Of a stretch of DNA of 64,000 nt, positions 1-7,506 are shown piece after piece (the stretch's first letter is position 1; every line of letters begins with the position of its first letter). A program made the position numbers and the translations under genes. A model generated the notes under the pieces. It saw nothing but the letters and a program-made list of their open reading frames with translations, had not been told where the DNA came from and made no database searches. This stretch comes from a virus (Duplodnaviria; Caudoviricetes): IMG/VR virus record IMGVR_UViG_3300023235_001725; one strand, written 5' to 3'.

Positions 1-539
1 GCGTTATGAAAAACTGTCATCGAGAGTCCATTAAGTTTTTCAGTTACGAAAAAAGTTCGCCCCTTTAAAAGCTCTATCTCCGAATCTAAGTTTTGAATTC
101 TTTCCTCTTCTGTCTTTTTAATAAACGACGGAAAAACTCCAATTGCACTTTCCATCATTTCTTTTGGAATAGGTGGGTCGTACTTGATTATCTGTAACTG
201 CTCAGTTACATCTTCTCCAATTTTAAAATCTCCTGAAGAAAGAACTGACAAAGGAAGTATGAGGCCTTGTGATATTTGACCTCGAAGTTTCATTGTTCTT
301 AATCGGAACCCCGAAACTCCATATGGCAATTCTCTAAAACAAGATTTTCGAAGAAACTCAAATTCTTCTTTCACAGGCAATAAAGAATCTATCTCACAAT
401 AAACTACCATGTCGCCAACATTGAATTCTCCTTTTTTGACCACTGACCTCCAACCACCAACTTTTGCAAGTTCGATACGGTCAGCTTTTTTAATAGGATG
501 TAGTGATTCTATTCTCCGAATGGTTGCTAGTTTTCTCAT
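1..539 (-). CDS. ATP-dependent RNA ligase (DRB0094/Rnl2-like family), N-terminal part; runs off the window start
   Basis: Manual translation from ATG at 539 gives MRKLATIRRIESLHPIKKADRIELAKVGGWRSVVKKGEFNVGDMVVYCEIDSLLP...RLRTMKLRGQISQGLILPL, the typical N-terminus of this family. Missing from the ORF track because it has no stop in the window. Confidence 0.85.
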   Translation of the reverse strand, partial: MRKLATIRRIESLHPIKKADRIELAKVGGWRSVVKKGEFNVGDMVVYCEIDSLLPVKEEFEFLRKSCFRELPYGVSGFRLRTMKLRGQISQGLILPLSVLSSGDFKIGEDVTEQLQIIKYDPPIPKEMMESAIGVFPSFIKKTEEERIQNLDSEIELLKGRTFFVTEKLNGLSMTVFHN

Positions 540-582
540 GTAAGCAAATATACGCATTCAATTGGGTTTTGTTTCAAATAAG

Positions 583-666
583 CACGCCGAGCAGAAGTCG
601 AATCTGCACATCCCTTACGGGCAAGGGTTTTGGAGACCCTCTGTCTCACCAATGAATAGCCGACGT
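583..666 (-). tRNA. tRNA-Trp(CCA) with a long variable arm (atypical)
   Basis: Acceptor ACGTCGG/TCGGCGT, G73; anticodon arm AGGGT-CTCCAAA-ACCCT; V-arm CCC-GTAA-GGG; T arm GCAGA-TTCGACT-TCTGC; weak D stem. Confidence 0.75.
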
Positions 667-693
667 GTATTAATTCTAACGTTGTAATTTTAG

Positions 694-776
694 CGCTGGT
701 CGTAGGAGTCGAACCCACAAATCCCGAAGGCGACAGGGTTGGAATCTGTCTCTCTCACCTATGAAGTAGGACCAGC
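694..776 (-). tRNA. tRNA-Trp(CCA)-like with a long variable arm (atypical)
   Basis: Acceptor GCTGGTC/GACCAGC, G73; loop TTCCAAC on a stem with an A.C mismatch; V-arm CC-TTCG-GG; T arm GTGGG-TTCGACT-CCTAC. Confidence 0.65.
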
Positions 777-830
777 GTATCGTATCTGTTTGGTCAGGTT
801 AATCCTGACCTGGTCGATACAAACCATAAG

Positions 831-904
831 TGACCCCGCCGAGATTCGAACTCGGAACCCTCAGTTTAGAAAACTGATATTCTGTCCAATTGAATTACGG
901 AGCC
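831..904 (-). tRNA. tRNA-Arg(TCT)
   Basis: Canonical cloverleaf: GGCTCCG...TCAGT-TTTCTAA-ACTGA...CCGAG-TTCGAAT-CTCGG-CGGGGTC-A. Confidence 0.92.
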
Positions 905-906
905 AT

Positions 907-1731
907 TTAATTTCTTATATATGTGTTTACAAATCTTTTAACTCCCCCAGGCTTCATATTCAAAGCTTCGCAAGCTTGTTTCACCCAACCTCTTTTATTA
1001 AAATCAATATGAGACATGAGGTTTTTTCTTTTATTAACTTCTTCCTGTGAGAGCTTAAATTTGTTTTTAAACCCATCTTTCATCTTTCTACCTTTTACCC
1101 ACCCTTGACTAAAGAAATCTTCAATAGTCTGTTTGTTAACTTTTTTAGAATCAACTCCATTATTAATCCAGCAAGTATTAAATTGAGAATTAGATTTACC
1201 AATTCCTTTTCCTTTCTTTACTATTCTCAACTTTTTAATTGTCTCAGGTGTATGCTCTTTTCCTGACCAATCATAATGGTCTTGAATGTTTGGTATTCTT
1301 CCCTCTTTGTAGGCTTTTTTTAATCCTTTTAACCTAGCTTCCTCCCATTTCTTTTTAAACTTCGGGTTTTCATCTGCTTTTTTCTTAGCTGCTTTAGCAG
1401 CACAAATAGACCTATGCCTCTGATGCTCATCACTGATAAATCCCCCTCTGCCTCCTGGCATTAGATTCATACAGTCATTCTTAGCAATTTCCTCCAATGT
1501 CACGACCTCTTTTTCCTTATCAATCAACTCCTTTCGAGAATTGCAAAACTCAAGTATCTCTCTGGAGTGACATTCAGCTCCATGCTTATTGACAGAACGT
1601 CGAAGACGCTTACCTGAACCCAGGTATCCATCTTCAACTACATCGGTGGAATGCATCCCAATATAATATCTACCCGTTAGGGTATTAGTGGTTTTGTAGA
1701 TGTAATGAAACTTCTTTTCTTTTCTAGGCAT
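907..1731 (-). CDS. Free-standing GIY-YIG homing endonuclease with NUMOD3-like DNA-binding motif
   Basis: N-terminal YIYKTTNTLTGRYYIGMH and HTPETIKKLRIVKKGK; sits between tRNA genes like T4 SegB. Confidence 0.85.
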   Translation of the reverse strand: MPRKEKKFHYIYKTTNTLTGRYYIGMHSTDVVEDGYLGSGKRLRRSVNKHGAECHSREILEFCNSRKELIDKEKEVVTLEEIAKNDCMNLMPGGRGGFISDEHQRHRSICAAKAAKKKADENPKFKKKWEEARLKGLKKAYKEGRIPNIQDHYDWSGKEHTPETIKKLRIVKKGKGIGKSNSQFNTCWINNGVDSKKVNKQTIEDFFSQGWVKGRKMKDGFKNKFKLSQEEVNKRKNLMSHIDFNKRGWVKQACEALNMKPGGVKRFVNTYIRN

Positions 1732-1782
1732 GGTGTATTATTTCTAATACATAGCTTCAAAAAGTACAAAACCGCCCAGGGG

Positions 1783-1867
1783 TGGACGAAGTGGGGTTCG
1801 AACTCTCGCACCCCGAAGGGCCTACTGCCTTTCCAAGACAGCCTCTTTACCATTTGAGTATCTATCC
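1783..1867 (-). tRNA. tRNA-Ser(GGA), T-stem mismatches
   Basis: Anticodon arm CTGTC-TTGGAAA-GGCAG, long V-arm, TTCGAAC loop; T stem GAGAG/CCCAC has two mismatches. Confidence 0.75.
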
Positions 1868-1870
1868 ATA

Positions 1871-1960
1871 TGGAGGCGAAGATGGGGGTCGAACCCACGT
1901 AACATTTTACTGCCCTACCGCTTTAGCAAAGCGGCCTCTTTACCATTTGAGTACCTCGCC
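1871..1960 (-). tRNA. tRNA-Ser(GCT)
   Basis: GGCGAGG...CCGCT-TTGCTAA-AGCGG, long V-arm, GTGGG-TTCGACC-CCCAT, encoded CCA. Confidence 0.9.
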
Positions 1961-1996
1961 ATATGGCTCTAGTTTGAGTCGAGAGTCACGACTTTG

Positions 1997-2084
1997 AGGA
2001 AGCGAAGGGAATCCAACCCTCGTCACAATTAAGTGAGCCAGTTTTCAAGACTGGTGCGACAATGACAACATTCGCGTCACTTCC
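1997..2084 (-). tRNA. tRNA-Ser(TGA), non-canonical D and T loops
   Basis: GGAAGTG...CCAGT-CTTGAAA-ACTGG, long V-arm; T loop TTGGATT; D loop lacks GG. Confidence 0.7.
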
Positions 2085-2116
2085 ATAAAAACCCAACATG
2101 TCAAAGAACTGTATTG

Positions 2117-2202
2117 AGGAAGATAGAGGGTTCGAACCCCTGCCGAGCAAACGACACCCAGGGGTTCAAGCCCTGTTCCACACCACTTGCGAGGTACCTT
2201 CC
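2117..2202 (-). tRNA. tRNA-Ser(TGA)
   Basis: GGAAGGT...CAGGG-CTTGAAC-CCCTG, long V-arm, AGGGG-TTCGAAC-CCTCT. Confidence 0.85.
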
Positions 2203-2217
2203 TTATTTTTTGGACAC

Positions 2218-2249
2218 AAAAAAAGCCCTAAGATTTCTCCTAGGGCTTT
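2218..2249 (-). terminator. Intrinsic terminator of the tRNA-operon attenuator (3:4 hairpin)
   Basis: Minus strand AAAGCCCTAGG-AGAAAT-CTTAGGGC-TTTTTTT: 8-bp GC-rich stem followed by U7, 15 nt upstream of the first tRNA. Confidence 0.88.
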
Positions 2250-2274
2250 CCTTGATATCGTTTATGAATTCACA

Positions 2275-2358
2275 TTAACGCATAACTCGGTCAGGCCCTA
2301 GGTTTTTCCTAGAACTCCATCTTGATGACGACCAATTTATGTTTGGGAGTGTTTTCAT
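2275..2358 (-). CDS. 27-aa attenuator leader peptide MKTLPNINWSSSRWSSRKNLGPDRVMR
   Basis: Manual translation. Codons 9-17 are TGG TCG TCA TCA AGA TGG AGT TCT AGG. Contains the 1:2 hairpin (TCTAGG-AAAAA-CCTAGG) and segment CCTAGGGC, complementary to the terminator 5' arm. Confidence 0.85.
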   Translation of the reverse strand: MKTLPNINWSSSRWSSRKNLGPDRVMR

Positions 2359-2461
2359 TGTTTTTGTTCTTTACCTTCAAGTTTTATTTCTCAGGGACGA
2401 GAAGGAATTAGTTGTCAATATATAGTTGGGAAAAATATTTTCTCGTTCTATAATTGAGACG

Positions 2462-2469
2462 CAAAGATA
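2462..2469 (-). promoter_or_regulatory. Bacteroidota sigma-A -7 box (TATCTTTG) for the leader/tRNA operon
   Basis: Matches TAnnTTTG about 100 nt upstream of the leader ATG. Confidence 0.55.
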
Positions 2470-2560
2470 TACAATAAGTTGCATCTATTCCAAGTTTTTA
2501 TGTAAATATTTAAAAATTATTTTACAATTTACTGATTTTTAGTGTATTGTGAAATAGTAG

Positions 2561-4704
2561 TAAATTATTCCTTTACAGGATGAGGTGATAAACAGGGGTA
2601 TGATGTCAAACCAAGAAGTGCAAAATGTTGTGATTCCCTTACAGGATGAGATGATAAACAGGGGAGGGAGCAACTTCAAATACCTACAAGCTGTTGTGAT
2701 TCCCTTGCAGAATGAGATGATAAACAGGTCTAACGATGGAATAACCACCTTAGGCGAAGTTGTGATTCCCTTGCAGAATGAGATGATAAACAGGTTTAAA
2801 AGTTGAATGCGCCCCGTGCATCCCGTTGTGATTCCCTTGCAGAATGAGATGATAAACAGGTGAGCATTATTCTCTAAACAAAATTTATCTCGAATAAATT
2901 TCAGCCTATTTCAGATTAAACAACAACAATGGAAAATGAAATCGACCGTCTAAATTATCTTTTAACAGCTGTAAACACAGAGAACACATTGAAAGGGCTT
3001 GCACTTGCTGAAATCACCAAAATCTGCTGTCAAAAGTCAAAGAATTTCAGAGATATAAAGCAAATCGAAGACATCCTTCTTAAACTAAAAAATAATCAGC
3101 AGAAATTCCGTTTTAAACAGGAGATAAAATATTTCAAACAGATGGCAGGTAGTTGTGATTCCCTTGCAGAATGAGATGATAAACAGGCGGATTACGATTA
3201 GCCACAGCACCCAACAGTTGTGATTCCCTTGCAGAATGAGATGATAAACAGGCACAGCCAAATAAAGAATTACCAAGATGGTGTTGTGATTCCCTTGCAG
3301 AATGAGATGATAAACAGGTACCAAAACAGAAACATATTTGCTTGCCATGTTGTGATTCCCTTGCAGAATGAGATGATAAACAGGAGGGAATTGATACATC
3401 AGAAAGCCTTTATGTTGTGATTCCCTTGCAGAATGAGATGATAAACAGGGGCAATCGCCTTGAATAATTTTGCTGTTCAGTTGTGATTCCCTTGCAGAAT
3501 GAGATGATAAACAGGAGACTATAATGAATACCGATTTGAGGAAGAGTTGTGATTCCCTTGCAGAATGAGATGATAAACAAGGCAAAGGTCGGGAGCTTGC
3601 AAGCAGATATAGTTGTGATTCCCTTGCAGAATGAGATGATAAACAGGACAAAGGATAAGAAGGGCGTGTAGCTATTAGTTGTGATTCCCTTGCAGAATGA
3701 GATGATAAACAGGCAAAGCAACATCGAATGGAAGCAAGAGAGTAGTTGTGATTCCCTTGCAGAATGAGATGATAAACAGGTTCACCTTCGTTTCGAGGTG
3801 GTTTTTGTCTGTTGTGATTCCCTTGCAGAATGAGATGATAAACAGGGAAGCTTTTGGAACTAATTCCGCTAATCGAGTTGTGATTCCCTTGCAGAATGAG
3901 ATGATAAACAGGGGAATCGAATTCCTTTAGTACGTTCCTTTTGTTGTGATTCCCTTGCAGAATGAGATGATAAACAGGTAGATTAAATCTTAGTCTTCAA
4001 GACCAATCGTTGTGATTCCCTTGCAGAATGAGATGATAAACAGGGACGGTATGCATTCAAAATATCATTGCGCTGTTGTGATTCCCTTGCAGAATGAGAT
4101 GATAAACAGGTAGATTAAATCTTAGTCTTCAAGACCAATCGTTGTGATTCCCTTGCAGAATGAGATGATAAACAGGGACGGTATGCATTCAAAATATCAT
4201 TACGCTGTTGTGATTCCCTTGCAGAATGAGATGATAAACAGGCTACTTCAACTTGACCCAAAAAGACATACAGTTGTGATTCCCTTGCAGAATGAGATGA
4301 TAAACAGGTGCAGTCCAATTCATGATAAACGCATTAAAGTTGTGATTCCCTTGCAGAATGAGATGATAAACAGGTCAATTTCATGTTGGGTGCTGTGACT
4401 AAAGGTTGTGATTCCCTTGCAGAATGAGATGATAAACAGGTTTATTTAAACAATGCAAAAAACAAACCAAGTTGTGATTCCCTTGCAGAATGAGATGATA
4501 AACAGGTGGACCACTCAACCCAAATAACCCGCGCATGTTGTGATTCCCTTGCAGAATGAGATGATAAACAGGTGCACAAAGCTTTAATTATCAAAGGTTC
4601 ACGTTGTGATTCCCTTGCAGAATGAGATGATAAACAGGTGTTTGAAGTTGGCGAACTTGATTCTAAGAGTTGTGATTCCCTTGCAGAATGAGATGATAAA
4701 CAGG
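2561..4704 (-). CRISPR. CRISPR array: 29 repeats of 36 nt (plus strand GTTGTGATTCCCTTGCAGAATGAGATGATAAACAGG), 27 spacers of 29-31 nt and one 291-nt interruption
   Basis: Repeats counted by hand from 2561 (degenerate) to 4669-4704. Variants at 2627 and 3546. The leftmost repeat has lost only its minus-strand 3' end, which suggests minus-strand transcription co-directional with the cas genes. Confidence 0.98.
2929..3174 (+). CDS. 81-aa ORF inside the CRISPR array, antisense to it, ending at a TGA in repeat 6
   Basis: ORF track; A-rich start context (attaaacaacaacaATG); no family recognised. Confidence 0.4.
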   Translation: MENEIDRLNYLLTAVNTENTLKGLALAEITKICCQKSKNFRDIKQIEDILLKLKNNQQKFRFKQEIKYFKQMAGSCDSLAE

Positions 4705-4790
4705 GTACCTGTGGCTAATGCGCTAATAAACAAGCAACAACCACATGTACTGGATGGAAAAAAGACGTCAAAGAGCGCTTGCACAAGGAG

Positions 4791-5507
4791 TCAGATGTAG
4801 AGTTTTGAGTTTGTAATCTCCATAACCATTCCAAACCCTATTCCTGTAGATTGTCCCAAACCATAGTCGTGAATAGCTTGAGCAATCTTTTTGTTGCAAT
4901 GTACAACAACGCTGCATACATTTGCTTTGTTCACACTGGTTTTACTTGGGGCTCCAGAAGAACTCATCAAAATATCTCTAACCTTATTGTGGTTTGATTT
5001 CTGAACTTCAATTCTAAAGCCGTCAAATTTTAAAGTGTTGTCAATGTTTGACAAACGTCTTTTTGTTTGTTCAGACAACTCCTCTTCAAACCCATCATCA
5101 TTTAGGGTGTGAAATTCATAACGGCCTCCATTTTTTTTCTTTAGCAAAATGCCAGTTTCAGTGGTTTTAAAAACAGTAAAACCATCATACAAGTCTTCTT
5201 GGATGAACTCAATGCCCGTCAGTTTCATTCCAAATCCAAAATCTTTATTTGCTCCTGCTCCTGCGAGAAGTTTATTTAAAAAGCTCTCGTCTCCAGAGGA
5301 TATAAACAAACTGCCTCCATGAGCGTACTCAATGGATGTTCCGCCTTCTGTAATCGTTCCTCCAATCATCCTAGAGATAACATAGTTAGAAGGTTGATTG
5401 TGATAGAGATTATCTTTTCCTAAGCATTTATGAATGTAACTCACAACGTGCTTAAGGTTATTTGGAACCAACTCCTTTGCGGAGCTAAATTTTAACTGTA
5501 TTCTCAT
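4791..5507 (-). CDS. cas6: CRISPR-associated endoribonuclease Cas6
   Basis: C-terminal glycine-rich loop YGLGQSTGIGFG; adjacent to the array; ATGA-coupled to the upstream gene. Confidence 0.88.
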   Translation of the reverse strand: MRIQLKFSSAKELVPNNLKHVVSYIHKCLGKDNLYHNQPSNYVISRMIGGTITEGGTSIEYAHGGSLFISSGDESFLNKLLAGAGANKDFGFGMKLTGIEFIQEDLYDGFTVFKTTETGILLKKKNGGRYEFHTLNDDGFEEELSEQTKRRLSNIDNTLKFDGFRIEVQKSNHNKVRDILMSSSGAPSKTSVNKANVCSVVVHCNKKIAQAIHDYGLGQSTGIGFGMVMEITNSKLYI

Positions 5508-6385
5508 GACTCTATTGTAAGTTTAGTGGATATATCTCCTACTCTATCATAACCCTCAATGCTTAGCCTGTTTCCCGATACCACTCTTTCAATCCAAACC
5601 AAGCCTCCATCCAATATAGTTGCCACACCAGCTGAGTTTTCAAGGACTTCTTTGTCTTCTTCATCAAGCGGCACAATAAGGGTTCCGCTCAAGCGAATCG
5701 TTTTATCTATGCCATTGGGAACAACCAGCATAAGTCCTTTTGCGATAGAGTCCTTAGCCATCTCCATAGGGTCGTTTTTATCAGTAGGAGTCTTATTTCT
5801 CAGCCAGTTAACGACACCCGTTTTTCCAACTTTACGTTCTCTAAAATGAGAGAGCAAAGCTTGTTTAGAGGCTGAGTTTAAAGATTGCTTAAAAATATCA
5901 GGCACATCTTCTACTGGAACTTTTCTAATATTTGAGTGGCCCGTTGCCTCTATGAGCATTGTGATGAAATCACCATAATGCTCTTTTAGGTAGGCTTCAA
6001 TCAAATCCCAAGTGAGGTTTGTTATTTTGGCGTTTGAGTTCCAAAAAGCTTTCCTTGTGCGGCATATCTCTTTAATTTCTCGAACATCCCCTTTTTTAGT
6101 AACCCAAGTGGGCACTTCAATCTTTAGGAAGCTGTTTTTTGCCTTCTCAATCAATCTATCCTGCTTCTGATAGACACAGGCCCCAAAAAAAGGGACTGGT
6201 CTTTCATTAAAAAGCACGTGCAAGACATTTGAAATCTGATGATGTGTTAAGTAGGACTCAAATTGAGGGAGCCCCTTTCGAATCTCACCTGCGTCTTTAT
6301 TTCCAAGAAACAATTTATCTTTCGTGTCTTTATGGTTACGAAACAAAACTGCATCTTTAAACTTCAAAACCATAAATTCTTTCAT
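5504..6385 (-). CDS. cas5: Cas5-like subunit resembling Cas5fv (type I-F2)
   Basis: Lies between cas7 and cas6. C-terminal RLSGTLIVPL...ENSAGVATILDGGLVWI resembles the Cas5fv C-terminus as I recall it. At 293 aa it is large for a Cas5. Confidence 0.65.
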   Translation of the reverse strand: MKEFMVLKFKDAVLFRNHKDTKDKLFLGNKDAGEIRKGLPQFESYLTHHQISNVLHVLFNERPVPFFGACVYQKQDRLIEKAKNSFLKIEVPTWVTKKGDVREIKEICRTRKAFWNSNAKITNLTWDLIEAYLKEHYGDFITMLIEATGHSNIRKVPVEDVPDIFKQSLNSASKQALLSHFRERKVGKTGVVNWLRNKTPTDKNDPMEMAKDSIAKGLMLVVPNGIDKTIRLSGTLIVPLDEEDKEVLENSAGVATILDGGLVWIERVVSGNRLSIEGYDRVGDISTKLTIES

Positions 6386-7464
6386 GCTGGGGTGGTTTCG
6401 GTTTTCTTTACTTTCTCTGCTTTTTGCTTTGCGGCTTTGGCTTTCTTTTCCACGCTATTCTTTTTTAAAGTTGCTCGTTCTTCTTCCGCGTACTTCTTTA
6501 ATTCTTCATGAAGTTTTTTTGCATCTCCAGTAACATCTTCCGTATATGCTTCAAACACTTCATACTGCAGAGCTTGAATATTTTCTATTGAATTGATTTC
6601 GACCCAACCCTCTTCGCTGTTAAACCTGTCAATCAAAGGATTGGAAACCAGTTTCACCATCAGCTTCTCTTTGCGTGCATAAGCACTGCTTCGACTGATG
6701 TCCAACGTAAGAAGCTTTTCTAAAAATACAGAAACTAATAAACGAACCTGGTCATCTGTGAATTTGAATCCACGCTCAGCAATGTTTACAGAACTTCCTC
6801 TCATTTGGAAAAATCCAAGCTCATTATCAAATGAGCCAAAGTGAATGTCGGCGTACTTTTTGAATAAATCAAAATGGTCGGGATTAAAACCATAACGTCC
6901 CATGATTTCGTCACAAGAGTAAAACTGAAGCTCTTTCAGGTTTATAGCACCTTGAGATGAATACTTAATCTTCCCAATTGTTTCTTTTTTGTAGATAGAA
7001 TTATCACTTTTTTCTTCGTCTGCTTCATAGCTGATTTTCTCACCAGACTTTGAATGGAATTCGAGACGCGAAAGAGCATCGCACGTTTGTTCGGCAGCTA
7101 CTAGTGTAATGGCTCCTTTTCTTTTTAACGTATCGTTTTTAATGGCATGCAAGTGCCCATTAAGAATGCTTTCTGGATGGGCAAGGTTTGCATAAAGTAA
7201 ATCTTTATTGTGTGTAAGCTTTGGTGTTTGAGACACTTTATCATACATCGCATGCTTCATGCAGGTAGGCGAAATAACTAATTTGTAACGAGGCTCTTTT
7301 CCATCGTTGTAAATGTTTCTCTTTGCATACATTACGTTGCTATGGTATGATTTTAAGAAAGGGAATTTTTCTCCAATATGGAACCGTTGCTCATTGCTAT
7401 CGTAATTAACAACGCCATTGCCTTCAATTTCAATTTTAAAAAGAATTGACTTTACTTTGCTCAT
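6382..7464 (-). CDS. cas7: Cas7 backbone subunit resembling Cas7fv (type I-F2)
   Basis: KSILFKIEIEGNGVVNY, LVISPTCMKHAMY, SIYKKETIGKIKYSSQGAINLKELQF and FTDDQVRLLV...LDISRSSAY parallel Cas7fv blocks recalled from memory. Confidence 0.8.
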   Translation of the reverse strand: MSKVKSILFKIEIEGNGVVNYDSNEQRFHIGEKFPFLKSYHSNVMYAKRNIYNDGKEPRYKLVISPTCMKHAMYDKVSQTPKLTHNKDLLYANLAHPESILNGHLHAIKNDTLKRKGAITLVAAEQTCDALSRLEFHSKSGEKISYEADEEKSDNSIYKKETIGKIKYSSQGAINLKELQFYSCDEIMGRYGFNPDHFDLFKKYADIHFGSFDNELGFFQMRGSSVNIAERGFKFTDDQVRLLVSVFLEKLLTLDISRSSAYARKEKLMVKLVSNPLIDRFNSEEGWVEINSIENIQALQYEVFEAYTEDVTGDAKKLHEELKKYAEEERATLKKNSVEKKAKAAKQKAEKVKKTETTPA

Positions 7465-7506
7465 GGTAATCTGTTTAAAGGTTAATATGTAATTTCTATG
7501 AATTGT

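Noticed and set aside
583-776. tRNA-Sec or allo-tRNA call for the long-arm tRNAs
   Set aside because: The anticodon is CCA, not UCA; there is no 6-bp D stem; the eighth acceptor pair can be explained as C(-1):G73.
781-825. Perfect hairpin GGTCAGG-TTAAT-CCTGACC between tRNA-Arg and tRNA-Trp
   Set aside because: Single copy with no U-tract or CCA end; probably a spacer or processing structure.
536-2301. Short ORFs over the first tRNA cluster (536-718, 739-1050, 1677-1898, 1782-1997, 2098-2301)
   Set aside because: They overlap tRNA genes or the GIY-YIG gene and lack coding features.
3781-3810. Spacer resembling an intrinsic terminator (CACCTTCG-TTT-CGAGGTG-GTTTTT)
   Set aside because: The U-tract is on the plus strand, opposite to the inferred array transcription. 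Most likely a captured terminator fragment.
2597-4668. Self-targeting spacers
   Set aside because: No spacer match to this window was seen by eye. This was not an exhaustive search; BLAST against the full genome, hosts and other phages is needed.
2539-4800. ORF-track entries overlapping the array (MIPLQNEMINR..., CLSSHSARESQ..., LFIISFCKGITT...)
   Set aside because: These are translations of the 66-nt repeat-spacer period, not genes.
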